The notes under the pieces were generated by a model that worked only from the letters and a program-made list of their open reading frames with translations, did not search any database and was not told the DNA's origin. A DNA stretch of 64,000 bases, from positions 62,001-126,000 of the forward strand of contig CT868016.1 in assembly GCA_000165425.1 (NCBI GenBank). Direction: 5' to 3'. The DNA is from Paramecium tetraurelia (lineage: Eukaryota). Every line of letters begins with the position of its first letter. The first letter of the stretch is position 1. Below, one piece after another: positions 13,886 through 27,300 of this stretch. Both the position numbers and the translations under genes were made by a program.

Positions 13886-16248
13886 ATGAGTGCTTCTAAT
13901 GTTTATCATGTTGACTAAAACGTAATATTTGTGCTGAAAGATAGTTCATCAAATGATAAATAGAAACAATAAAGTATTCAATTTACCAAATATAGTCCGC
14001 AAAATCAACAAGGAAAAGTTAAAAATAATCTTGCAAATTAGCGGATGCAAAGCAGCTCATTCATATTCTCTTTGTGAGAAGATCTTTGAAATGATATTCA
14101 GTAAATTGTTGGGTACAAAAACACTCAATACTTTTAGAAAATTTTGATAAACAAAAGAACCATCAACCATTAAATGGATAATCTAATAAACAAGTAAACT
14201 CAGCCACAATAACTGAAAAACACTTCAAAGAATTAGTATTCAACTCTGTATTTGAGAAAAAATATATCCGAGAAAAAGAAGACCTTTATAAGGAAGATTT
14301 TTAAATTGCATGGAGTTTGACAGAAAAAAAGCAGCCACTTATCATCCTATTTGGTGGTACATCAGGTACTGGTAAAAGCACAGCCAGCAGTATATTAGCA
14401 TCAAGGTTTGGGATTTCCACAGTCCTGAGGTATTACTTTATCAAATGTAAGCACTGATTCCATAAGACATATAATGAGAAATTTCTTGTCGAAAGAAGAA
14501 AACCCTGTATTGTTTGCAAGTACTTATGAGGCTGGTAAGACATTGCCTGATCTGAATATCAGTGATCAAAGGAGAATAATCAAAGGATACAAGGCTTAAT
14601 GTGAATTAGTTTAATAGAGATTAGAACATGTAATTAATACTTTTGATGAAAAAATGGATTCTATCATCATTGAAGGAGTACATCTGACCCCTATTTTTAT
14701 GATGAAGATTATGAAAAAGTACAAGAGAGTTTTACCATTTGCAATATGCATTAAGAAAGAATCAAAACATAAGGAGAGATTTGCAGTGAGATCAAAATAT
14801 ATGACTCTGGATTCCAGACATAATAAATATGTTGAGAATTTTCAAAATATTAGATTGATTCAAAAATGGTTTTTAGAAAAGGCAGATGAATTCCTAATTC
14901 CTAAAGTAGACAATGTCAATATTGATAAAAGTATAGATACCATACATAGAACTATTATCTAATATATGAAACATATATCAGATGATCAATCTGTTACAGA
15001 ACTTAAAAATGCATTGCCCATCTATGAAGAATTCAATAAGGTGATAAGTGATGCATGGAGTTCAAAGGAAGTAAAGGATTATATCCCATGGTTAAGTGAA
15101 TAAAACTGAGATCTATGAGCAATTCTTACAAAAGATGAATGAACAATAGGCAGACACCAATACAACCATCACCTAAGAAACAGACAAAGTAAACCCAAAA
15201 GTCTTGATTTAATAATCAGTTCAAAAATTCAATGAAATCAGTTTCAAAAATGAAAATAGAGATAATCAAAACAATCTAACTAATACAACTGAAGTTAATT
15301 ATATAGTGGATGATCAAGATGAGAAAAAGGAAAATCTCAATCATATAAGTGATCAGGAGGATCAAAATGAAGAGAGAAGGAGAAGAAATCAAGATGATAA
15401 TGCCAATCCAACTTTTAAAAAAACTAAATCATTGAAAACATTGATCACTTAAAATGAGAGTGAATAACAAATCCAAGAACCCATAAAAGAGTAGAATAGC
15501 AAAAAGTAACTGAAAGTGGCATTTCAAGAACCTGAATTTGAGAAGGAAGAGTAGGAGTAAACAGAGTAAAGACCTCATAGAACTGATTATAAAGGCATCT
15601 TATATCATTTGACTAAACATAAAAGAATCTTCTTAAGTAAAAAGACTAAACCATCAAATCTGGTATTTATAAAAAAGATGATTTCTAATTATAATAAAAG
15701 TTATCAAAGTCATGACAGAATCAAATTAATTCAGAATAATGATGGTAGTTACTGCTTATTTAAAATGAATGTATCAAAGTTCATTAAGAAATCTGATTCA
15801 AGAGAAGAGTCTTCAAGTGAACCTGATGATAAGTATTAAAAAACATTATATAATTTAGTGAACAATCAGTTGTGTAATAGGGGAGATCGCTTATGACTTT
15901 ATCTAACCTTCCATTCAGTGAAAGAAGAGATTAATCAGATGGGGATTCTGTGAGATTCAGAAATGATGTCAATAGCGATGAAGAGGAAATTGAAAATGAG
16001 AATGAAAATGAAAATTCTGTGGAAGGTAATTTAAATTGATCCATACAATATTAGCATCTAGTTCTGATGAAGAGGAGGGTAATCTGGAGAAAGTTAAATT
16101 GAAAATGAATGACGATGAGGAAGATTACATTGAACTATAAAAGATTATTGAGGAAGATGAACAAATCAATGAGTAAGATGAAATCATGGAAACTCCATTA
16201 TAAGTTTAATTACTTGATTAATAAGATTATTAAGATCAATCCCCTTGA
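13886..16248 (+). CDS. P-loop NTPase of the 2-phosphoglycerate kinase / plant LPA1 family with long acidic C-terminus; apparent frameshift at ~15090
   Basis: LQISGCKAAH, Walker A GGTSGTGKST, VLSTDSIRHIMR, IIIEGVHL, HKERFAVRSKYMTLD. Five short introns. In-frame TGA at 15107, with coding continuing in the +1 frame. Confidence 0.85.
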
Positions 16249-16635
16249 TATTATACAACTTACTTATATCATTATTGAATATAAATATCCTATTATTCCT
16301 TTTTTAGTGGAATAAATTCTTTCAAATACCTCTGTTTTAATTTATTATAATTAATCTATCATATTAAATTTGAAAATTTGGAGTTTTCAATTTAGAAATA
16401 ATAAACATCAGATTTAATCCTTTTAGGTAAATCCAATTAAAATCTAGAATTAAATGTGGCCATATCTTTTGATTATTAATTCTCAAGAATTTCTAGAAGA
16501 GTAAACACTTTAAAATGAAAATTAAATAATGATAATTCTCATTAATAATATTAAACTCAGATGATTCCTACAATTATTCATTTAGTGCAATTGATTGTGC
16601 ACACATACTTTATGTATATCAATTTTGACTCAAAA

Positions 16636-17270
16636 TCAATCGAAGAATTCTGGAACTAAATAAAGTACTTGACAAATATCAGCAATTTGTGCATGTACTC
16701 CTTCCTCATCCCACAGGTTGTTGAAGACTTCAAATTCATCCGTAGAAGAGGGTGGCTCATCAACATCCCAAGACATCACACTTTCACTCACTATGCATAC
16801 TAGTGCATGAATCCAATTATATTCATAGTCATGACAATGTTTTGGACTATGTTTCTCATCGACCCCAAGTTGATCTTCGCCGATAGAGATGTTAGTTAAA
16901 TTGACATGGTCCTCATGTGTTATGTTCATGGAGGAAACTGGATCTTAATGTAACACTCTTGACTATTTTTAGGCAACTCAACCAATTCGAAAAATAGCCT
17001 CATTTAAAGATGAGAATCAAAGGATTAATCTACTTTGTCTATGTAGTACTCTACTTTGGAATTTATGGTATATATATATATAATATCTCGAAAATAGGCC
17101 TCCATTATTTGATTTATGAATAGCATGTCTATGGCTTCCAAGCATTACTCTCTAAGTTTGAACTCATTTCCATGTATGCCATTTTATTCGCCACTCTGTT
17201 TGGTTTAGATGTTGTTTACAATAAAGTGTTATTCAAGCCACGCCATAACTTTGTATAAATCAAAAATCAT
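16636..17270 (-). CDS. Hypothetical acidic protein
   Basis: MIFDLYKVMAWLEQHF... joins the track ORF 16636..16929 through a 20-nt GT..AG intron. The true start may be ATG 17280 if one T of a T5 run is spurious. Confidence 0.55.
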
Positions 17271-17996
17271 TGACGTTCATTAACTAATTATAATATATCT
17301 TATAATATGTAATAATCGTTAATTATTATTAATAATTTTATTTATTATTAGAAATTTAACAAAATATTATTCAAGCCAATATGATCATTAAGTCAATAAA
17401 TAGAATATACCAAATAGCTGACCAAAGGTTAATATAGATTCATCAAAATAATGATTATAATTGCTTTAATCAATTATATTGTTGATAAGCTGGGTGTTAA
17501 GGTGTAATGGTCTATAACCTCAAGAACCTAAAAATCAAAATATTTAAATGTAATTCCTTTCTACTTTTTAAAATAAACTGCTGATTGATAAATAAAAGAT
17601 TAGATTGATCATTATACAACAAAGGCTGTTAGATATCTTAATTAAAAATAGAGAATATAAAGTATGTTAATTTCAGTATACAAGGTTGATTACAAATTAT
17701 ACCAATCAAATATTAATAAAAAGGAATGCTATATTTTAGAATTCAGAATTATTATTAATTATTTTCTGATATATGGTTAGTTAGAACAAGTCTGTAGTTT
17801 AAAATAGGGTTTCCAAAGTTACCATAATAATCATCCATCTGGAATATTGAACAAATTGTAAATTAACCTGTTCTAATTGAGTTTATTTCTAAGAAGGATA
17901 AACGATATTTTCTTAAATAGTGATTATAAAATTCTTAAAAGTTTATAATATTAACTTAAATATATAGTTATGAACAAATTCAGTCCAAGTTAAAGG

Positions 17997-18379
17997 TCAG
18001 TCTTCTTGTGGCACTACAGTTAATTCTATCCTTCTCTTATTCATCTTTGGGCTCTTTGATTTTTGTAGTTTAAATTGAAGGCGAATAAACTTTTGGTTAT
18101 GGTGTCTACAACAATTCTTTTTGCTCAATTATTTTTTATTCTTCTCCCACAATTGGTTTTTCGACAGAATTCTTTGCTTGTATAGTAAAACTTTCGAATA
18201 ATTTTTCGATTTCTTATCCATGCTTCATTTATATCGATCTTGTTTCTATTATAAAAGAACTGCTTTTTTTATTTCTTTCCTTTGGTTTCTCCTTCATCTC
18301 TCATTGGAGAATTATGTTTAGAAACCGATTCCTTAATTAAATTCTCAATCTCTTATTCGAATTCCTAGTTACTTTTCAT
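17997..18379 (-). CDS. Small hypothetical hydrophilic protein
   Basis: MKSNQEFEQEIENLIKES...QEIEKLFESF...RRIELTVVPQED*. Needs a 28-nt intron or a 1-nt indel near 18300-18325. Confidence 0.5.
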
Positions 18380-18825
18380 TATTTTTATTTTATTGATTGA
18401 TAAATTTTTATTGACAAAATTTGAGCAGGTATTTAATCATAATATATTTATAATTAATTTTCCATATTAATGAAGTGACCTTATTTTTCTATTCACACGT
18501 CCTCATATATATATAGTCATAATAACTAATATATTAAGGTTAATAGCTGTAATCACTTGGGATTTGTGAATTGATTATTAATTAATAGTTCTATTAAGGA
18601 AATAAGAAATTAACAAATATAGTGTATCAATTATCTTTAAAATTACATGAATCATATTTATATATACTGTTATAAATATGTAAAATATAAGATAAAAAAC
18701 AATAATATATTGTATGATATTAGAGTTGCTAATATGCTCATCGATTTGATAATCGTTATTAAAACAATTGTTTTATCAGTTTTATTTGATCAATAATATT
18801 AAAATTAATATTAGCTCAACACATC

Positions 18826-20915
18826 ATGTCATTATTTGCTAATTATGCGAGGTTGAAAAGAAAGACGTTTTGGGTTATGAGATACATCGAGGTGACACAA
18901 GAAGTAAGTATACCGATGACAGTAATAGGGAATACTGGTGTATAGAGACAGAAAAGAGGACAAACAAAATAAGGCTGAACTTAAATTGATTCATTGCAAA
19001 GTGAAAGAGTTATCAACCAATAATGGGTTTTAGATATAAATTATACATGGCGATGATTCTTTGAAAATAATGACTCACACAAACCAGGAACATAAAATAA
19101 TTGTATAAGCAATCACTTAGATTAAATAAAAATCTGAATAGAAATAGGAAATCCAAGTGCAAGCGCAAGAGCAATTCTAGTAAGTCAGATAAACCATCGT
19201 GCCTTCAATTATAATTCAACAAGTAAAACCACCCACATTCCAACCCGATAATGATTTGATTAAGCAATCTCAAGGGGATCAAATTAAAGTTCAAGCATAG
19301 CAATTGATAAAGAAATTTGAGTCTTAATAGCTAACCTTAATAAATGTGATCGACGGCATATTTTTCTACAAGACCGAAAAAGCAGAGAGAAATAATGAAG
19401 AAGCTGAGACTAAGTCTAACATAATGAGTTTAATTTCCGACGAAATAAAAAATGTTGGATACTTATTAACAATCGCGATAGCCATCATATTCTTTACTTT
19501 GTTATCCATATTGGTCTATCTACTATTGAGTCTCGTGGACAATAGAACCTACACTTATAGCATCCTTATAACATTGAACATAGTAATTCTTCCATTGTTG
19601 TTCAAAAAGCACACCCCTCCAAAATAAACAGAAAAAGTGTAATAATTCATGGTGTAATGTAAATGTCTAATGAATGTGGATTACAATGCATTGGTGTATC
19701 TGATTAGTAAATTTGACGTTAGAAAAGAATGGACTCCAAATCTGCTGTTGATAAACAATGATAAGAATTTGATTACGGCATTGTATTCAAATCAATTGGT
19801 TGAGAAGTTTACCTAAACAGTATTTTACGATGAAGATACATTCTATGTGGTTGAGCACTTTCATGTAAAAATCTTGAGATTATTTGTTATCAAATATCTG
19901 TTTGATGAAGACAGTGTAGAAGTGAGATGTATTGCTGACAGTACTCAAATGCAAATATTGCCCTGTCTTAAACAGTTTATCAAAATCCAAAAGCAGAACC
20001 CAAAAAGCATTTTAATAGAATACCAAGCGTCTAAGACATCAGGTGATTAGATGTCTGTTATTTAATCAGAAATTATCTACAAATAATCTGATTATTCTAG
20101 AATTACTCAATCTCCTAATTAATCCATCTCTGTCGAACAACAACCTCCATCCCTTCCATCTAACTCTCCTAGACAAATTTCGCAATAACTGCAATTGCCT
20201 TAAAAGCCATAACAACCCTCATAACTACAGTAGCTATAATAACCACAATAACCGCAGTAGTCTTATCCTCCAGAAATCTAAAAGATATTTGATATGACTA
20301 TTGAGGCTAAAAAATAATTAGAGTCTGTCTATCCTTTAGGTCCTTCTTGGTAATAGAAGGAAGACAAAGGAGGGTTCTTGATTCACACAAGATTCGACGA
20401 AGCAACAGGACAGACTATGAGTAGAGGGGAAGGGATCTTGCCTTATACAATCCAAGAGATTTTTGAGATCATTGAGAAAGTTGAGAAGAGAGGAGATTAT
20501 GATTCTCTCTTTGATTCAGTATACATATGTAATTTATGATAGGGATACATGGTTAAAAGATTGGATGGAGATACAGGCATAGTGTACTAGAGATTTAAGA
20601 CCATTAAAATTGTTGTGAAAATCAAGAGATTTTGTGTTTGCATCGAGAGTATTTCGAGAAGAAAATAGGTGGGTGGTTATAGCAAAATCAATCGAGTATC
20701 CTGAATTACCTCCAATAAAGGAGTCAGTAAGAGGGGATTTAAAGATAGCTGGATGGATTTTATAAAAGGCTGATTAGGGAACAAAGACTTGTTTCATCAC
20801 AATGGTGGATCCAAAAGGATCTATACCAGCTGCCATAGTGGCTAGTTCTGCTAAGGAGCAAGGACAATGCGTCGAAAAAGTGAAGGCTCTGCTAGACAAA
20901 AGAAATAAAAAATGA
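18826..20915 (+). CDS. PH domain - 2 TM - degenerate START-like - START lipid-transfer protein
   Basis: PH start (YARLKRKTFWVMRYIEV), two hydrophobic helices at ~19450-19600, and START motifs KRGDYDSLF, SRDFVF, VRGDLKIAGW, VDPKGSIP. Extra A at 20618-20621. Confidence 0.85.
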
Positions 20916-21051
20916 ACACTTAATTGTGAATTAATTTAAAAGTTTATAATTATTCAAATTCGCGAATTCTTAAAATTATATATAGATTTTTCAGAATTCC
21001 CACTTTCCAGAAATCGATATTTATTTTAAACTCAGTTCTAAATTTAATAAT

Positions 21052-22917
21052 ATGTAAAGAATACACCCTGATTAGGAGAATAAAGGTTTAAAGGTAGTGA
21101 AATCAGCCACAACCAATGTCTCATCGAGGACCTTTTAGAATAGAAAGGTTGTTGACTTAGTTTTTGAAGACATCCATTACTCAGTTCAGACTGGAAAAAG
21201 TAATCACATAAAATAGAATTAGCTGAGAGAGTTATTTTGGATCATGTATCTGGGATTTGTCCAGGAGGATAAACTACTGCCATTTTAGGGAGTTCAGGAG
21301 CTGGTAAAACATCTCTCTTGAATGTTTTGGCCTGCAGGATTACAAGCAATAAGCATTGTAAGCTAACTGGCGAATTGTATGCAAATCAGGATAAATATAA
21401 TTACGACAAATTTAGTGAGTTTGCTTCTTATGTAATGCAAAATGATGTTCTTTTGGAAACAATGACTCCAAAGGAAGCCTTTACGTTTGTATCTAGTTTG
21501 AAATACAGCGATGAGGAAACGAAAAAGTTGAGAGTAGAGGAAACCATTAAGAGCATGAGATTGGAGAAGTGTTAGAATAGCAGAGTGGGAGGAGCAATGG
21601 TAAAAGGAATCAGTGGAGGAGAAAGAAAGAGAACATCTATTGGTTATGAATTAGTTTCGAATCCAAGTGTTATACTTCTTGATGAACCCACTTCAGGCCT
21701 AGATTCATTTACTGCATTTTAAATTATGTATTAATTGTAATTGAGTATTTAGACATCAATTAAACTTACTTGCCAAAGATTAGGACAAAACTATTATTTT
21801 TACTATTCATCAGCCAAGTTCAGATATCTTTTTATTGTTTGATAGAATAATGCTATTGGTTTAAGGGAAACTAATTTACTAAGGAGATAGATGTAAAATT
21901 ATTAGTTATTTCAAATCTTTTGGATTCGAGTGTCCAACACATTCTAATCCTATGGATTATCTAATATCTATTACTCATAGTGAAGACCCAAAGAATGTTG
22001 AGGCCTATTCTCTTTATTTTTAGAATTACGAATAACAATTGGCTAATGAGATAAGATAAGAAATTAATAATCGGAATCAATCAATCATAACATACAAGTC
22101 AGTAGAAACTACGATATCTTATTAGATAGGATTGTTAACAAAAAGATGCTTTGTAAATTTCAGCAGAGATGATATGTAAATGAATGCGAGAGTAGGATCA
22201 GCTATATTCTAAGGCTTGTTGCATGGAGGAGTGTTTTGGAAGGCTGCCATGGAATCGGAGACTATCTCTGATGTAAGAAACATTGAGGGATCATTGTATT
22301 TCCTATGTGTCAATTTTGCAGTAGGATCTATGATGCAAGTAGTACTGGGTTTTGCTGTTGAGAGAGAAGTGTTTTTAAGAGAGGAGAATTCAAAACTCTA
22401 TTCAGCCTTCTCATACTTTATAGGGAAGTAATTTGTTGAAGTCCCCTTCTGTATACTACAACCTCTGATTCTACAGCTCATATCTTACTGGATGATAGGT
22501 TACAACGATCAAGATGCATCAATAGTCATAATCAACTTCTTTATTTGTATTTTACTTTGCATTTGCTCAAACTCTTTGGGGTTGATGGTTGGTTGTGCAT
22601 TCAGGGATATTAAATTAGCATTGACAGCAGTACCAATTATAATGATGCCAGTGATTTTATTGTCTGGTTACATGGCCAATTCCAAGAATTTTCCAGTGTG
22701 GTTTGGATGGTTACAGTATCTGAGTCCAGTACGGTATGCTTATGAGGCAATTTCATTAAACGAATTCACTAATCGTAATTTCTAAACTGACCCAAGAGAT
22801 CTGTATGATTTTCATATTGGGATGTGGAATTGTATCTACATCCTAATTGGATTTATTGTTGGATTTAGAATATTTGGATATTACTTTTTAAAAGGATTAA
22901 GGGAAAGATTATAATGA
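21052..22917 (+). CDS. ABCG (White-family) half transporter, 605 aa
   Basis: Walker A GSSGAGKT, signature [25 protein letters not shown] and C-terminal TM helices. Introns of 23 and 25 nt give 1818 nt. Confidence 0.95.
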
Positions 22918-23042
22918 TAATTAATCTATTTTTGTATTATTATTTATTCAAATATTTGTATATACGGTAAATTAAATTAATATATTAACTCAATCAAAAT
23001 TGTATTAAATTTATGTCAATATATATAACATCATTTAAGTAT

Positions 23043-24221
23043 TCATTTCTTATTGATCAAGACACGTATTTTCCCTTGTGGCAACGATTGACAGGACCTA
23101 ATAAGAACTGAGTATGGATTGGTAATGGAATAGTATTAGCCATCGATTTGGAAATATGTTCTAAGTTATTCATTCTATTTGAGTGGTCCTCCACTTTGAC
23201 TTAATCTGGTAGCCTATCCAGGAATCCATCTTTCTGAGCCTAATCCTAAAATAGAGTTGAATGAGAGTATTTCCAACTTCCCATCAAAGACAGAAGGAAT
23301 GTTGGAATAGATTTAACTTAATTTTATTAAGCATTGAGCCATATGTTTTTCAATCCTCCAGCATAGGAGTTGATGTTCAAACACAACAAATTAACTGGAT
23401 CTCCTGGCACTACTATTTAATTGTTGTGCTTTGAAATCAATGCAGTTTCTAAGTTATCATCATTAACGTGATGGATGTTCTCTATAGATTGGTTAACTTT
23501 GGGAGTGTTGAGGAACATCTTCTTAAATCCTTCCCAACAGTAGACGCACTTGTTACAACATTGATTGGATGTCCTATATTTATCAAATCCAAATCCGATG
23601 CGTGCATCTACTCCAATACTAAAATAATTAATCATCTATTTGTAATATCTCTGATCATTTAATTGCAACTTCATCTCATTTGCCCCATTTTCATTCCTTC
23701 TGATCTCACTAATGAATCCATCCTTTTCAAATATGAGCATATCTACTTACTTCTTTTAGTCTAATATCCACATCCCAGACATCGAAAAAGGACCAACTCC
23801 ATCAACCCACTATTCCACAAACCCTCTCAATACCAATTACATCGTTGGGCACTGAAGTTCCCCATCCCAAAGTATTCGCAAAATCGTTCCCAGTTCCAAA
23901 AGGGAATGGAATAATGATGCATCGATGGATGTTCACTTGATGTTGTAATAGTAATTCCACTATCCACATAATTGATCCATCTCCTCCAGCCATCACTACA
24001 TGGATGTCATCTGCTTTCTATTTCATTATCAACTACAACCCTGTCTCTCTTGATTCGCTATTGCAGATATTATAAAACCTCACTCTGCAAATTCTATCCC
24101 TGATATTGAAACCAAGTTCTTTTTACTATCATATTTTTGAACTTACATCAAGTTATAGGAATTTTTAACCTCTATTTCCACCACTCCCAGCGTTATATAA
24201 AAGATGATACACTTATTCCAT
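23043..24221 (-). pseudogene. Diacylglycerol kinase (catalytic + accessory domains), disrupted
   Basis: NAGSGG, AGGDGS, PFGTGND, NYFSIGVDA, NINSYAGG, DGKLE and QIDG are all present, but there is an in-frame TGA at 23802-23804 and a frameshift at ~23310. Confidence 0.75.
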
Positions 24222-24338
24222 AATTAAATATAATTATATTCTTTCGTATCCTCTCAAAAGAGCATTGTATTTATTTACATTCTGTGAATTATTATTTCAA
24301 CTAATTAAAATTTTGATTAACAATAAATTTAATTTTAT

Positions 24339-27300
24339 ATGAGCTACACTCCACAGCAACAGGAAGAAGTTAGAGCAGTTTATCAAAGGAATCAGCAACT
24401 TGAGATGCAAGTCAAAGCCTCTGTGAATGAAGTACAGCAACTTAATCAAAGATTGCAAATGTAAGAGCAAGCCTTCAAATAATCATAATAATAGTTGAAT
24501 CAGCAATTGCAAAAACTATCCCAGGATTTATCAATCAAGACTCAGCAGTTAGCCAATACTGAATAACAATACAAAAGATAATTGGATCATGCAAATGAAT
24601 AATTGAATATCGTTAAATAATAAACTCAATTGAGACTAGACTAACTTTCACAGGAATTGAAACTAAAATCAACAGCCTGTGACAAAGCAACTAATGAATT
24701 ATAAGCATGCAAGAACATTGAAATATTGCTTTTATAGAAAAATGCTGAAAATTTGAATGTAGTTAAATCATAATAGCTTGTATAACAAGATGCCAATGCC
24801 AAGAGAGTGATTGAAGATTTGAATGATAAATTGAGAGTCTTTGCAGTTCAATCTCAAAAACAAATTGGACAATTACAATAAGAATTAGCTATCAAAAAAT
24901 AAGAAATCGATCGACTCAGTTAAGAACTCAATTCTAGAAAGAATGAAATCTATCAACAATAATAAAAGATCGAAGCCACCAATATCGCTAAGAACAATCA
25001 GATCTCGTAGTTAGAATCCTTGTCTAAGAAGTAATTGCAGGAGTACAATGACAAACTCAATCAGTTCCAATCTCAAGCCTAAATGAGAATCGATTAACTC
25101 AATCAAGACATCAGTAATAAGACTGCTATGCTCGAGAAAGCCAATCAGGAAATCGCTCAAAAGAGAACAAGAGATCTAAGCCAATAATAAGCATTTTGAG
25201 TAAGTTAGCAACCAATACCAATCGAAAATTTAAGAGATGATGGGCAGATTGAATGAGCTTCAATTGCAGGCTGAGAAGGAGTAAAATCAATTTGGAAGAA
25301 CCAAGGATGATTTCTAAGTCAAAGTTCAGAATCTATCCAGAGACTTGAGTATTCAATAACAACAAAGCAACTAATTTGCGTAGGCCATGCAAAAAGAAAA
25401 ACTAGTAATTAAAATAAGAAATCATCAATCTGCAATAGCAAATAGCTTAAAAGCATTAGCAATATAGCGAATAGAAATCTTAAGCTGATGCTTAGATCAA
25501 TAAGTTGAATATAGAAATCAGTAAGTTAAAGACAGACTTGGCTGTTAAACAGCAATAACTAGAATCAAGTGAGTAACAATTCAACCAGTATAAGATGACA
25601 ACGACTAAATAGATTGACTCTATGATTCAATAATTCGAGTAGAGATAAAATGAAATTTCATTAGGATAATGAAGTCTAATCTAACAGATTGCTTGCTCAA
25701 AATAAATAAATGCTTGAGAAAACGGTTGAGGAACACAAGAAACAAATAGAGTAGTTGGACAGATTTTGGAATGATAAGTATAGATAGTTAAGTGAATAAG
25801 GTGGATAGGACTAATAGAGGATGACATAACAGTATTTGACTATTATTGCTGAGAATGAGCGAAAGTTCTAGAATTTGTTCAAGAATCAAGAATAATCATA
25901 TTTGTCTTAATTGGAAGCTTAAGAATAGCATTTTGAAATGCAAATTAATCAACTGTCGAATCAATTGAGAGTAGGTGAGTGGAGAAAAGGAATCCTTACA
26001 TACGCAATTGGTTACTGCTTAGGCTTAATTGAGAGATTTCGATTAGAGAGTGAGGGAATTGCATTACCATGGGTAGACGAAATCAGAGCAGGCTTATTTG
26101 TAGATAAATGGGTTGCAAAGTAGTAAGGAAGGTAATGATTATAAGTTATTATTAAATAGAGTTGTTTGCATTCATAAAGGAGAAACAGATTGAGTATGAT
26201 GCGAAGGTATTTGAACTGCAACAATAAATGTAAAGTTTAGCTGGTAATAAGGAAGCAATAGAGAAGGAACTGAGTTTGGAGAGAGTGGCAAAGGATGGTT
26301 TAAAAAAAGAGATTTTGCAGATAACTAATTAGCAAAAGATAAAGGATATGGAACTTAGAAATGAAATTTCTTTAAAGAGTTCAGAAATCATTAAATTAAA
26401 TAAAGAAGCAGAGAGATTGGATGGACTATTCAAGTAAGCCACATTGGAACTTAAAAGAATCAATGAGTAGAATGAAGATCTAAGATTGATTGATGATTTC
26501 CAATTAAAGGAGAAGGATTTGGAGATATCCAAATTTAAGTAAATAGAAATTGAACTGAAGAATAGAATCTAATAATTGCAAAAATAACTATCAAATTAAG
26601 AGTGGTAATTATCATAGGAGAATATTAAATTGAAGCAGTAAGTTAAAGATCTTAATAATGATGTGAGTATATTGAATACAAGAGTCAACATGTTGAAAAC
26701 TCAAAATAAGGATGAATCAGAGAGATTCCAAGAATTGTTATAGTCCCATGATGTTGAATTGTAGAGTTGGGCAGACAGATACAAGGATTAGTCATAACAA
26801 ATTGAAACCATGGCATAACAACTATTTGCAGCTCAACAATAGAACAAGTATAAAGAATAGCTTATCTTTGAATATGATAAGTTAAAGCAAGAATTTGATT
26901 TGCTCAACAGATAATACTAATCGTTGCAGGAGAATAGTTTAAGGAATAGTAATATTAAGGAAAATGCTAAAAATGTGGAAATGCAGTAATTGCAAGAGCA
27001 TTACGAATAATAGGTGGTATAATTGTAAAAGGAAATTGATTTTATGAGAGATAATAAGGTCAACCTAAGATAAGATGCATCAGTAATTGACTTTAGTGTG
27101 CAGATCACTGCATTAAATGATCAATTAGTTAAGAAGAACAACGAAATCACAAATATCAGAATGTAAGCAAATAGGACAATCATGGAAAAGGATAATCAAA
27201 TAATCTTATTGCAAGAACAATTAGAGTAATTGATATCAAAGGTTGATATTATCGAAAACAATCAAAACGATTAGGCTGAAGCAATTGAGAAGGCAGAGAA

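Noticed and set aside
23802..23804. In-frame TGA in the DGK gene as selenocysteine or readthrough
   Set aside because: The surrounding codons look frameshifted, the gene has another lesion, and no SECIS-like element was recognised.
26050..26170. Two further +1 insertions in the giant coiled-coil gene
   Set aside because: A 23- or 26-nt GT..AG intron also restores the frame, so the indel reading cannot be asserted.
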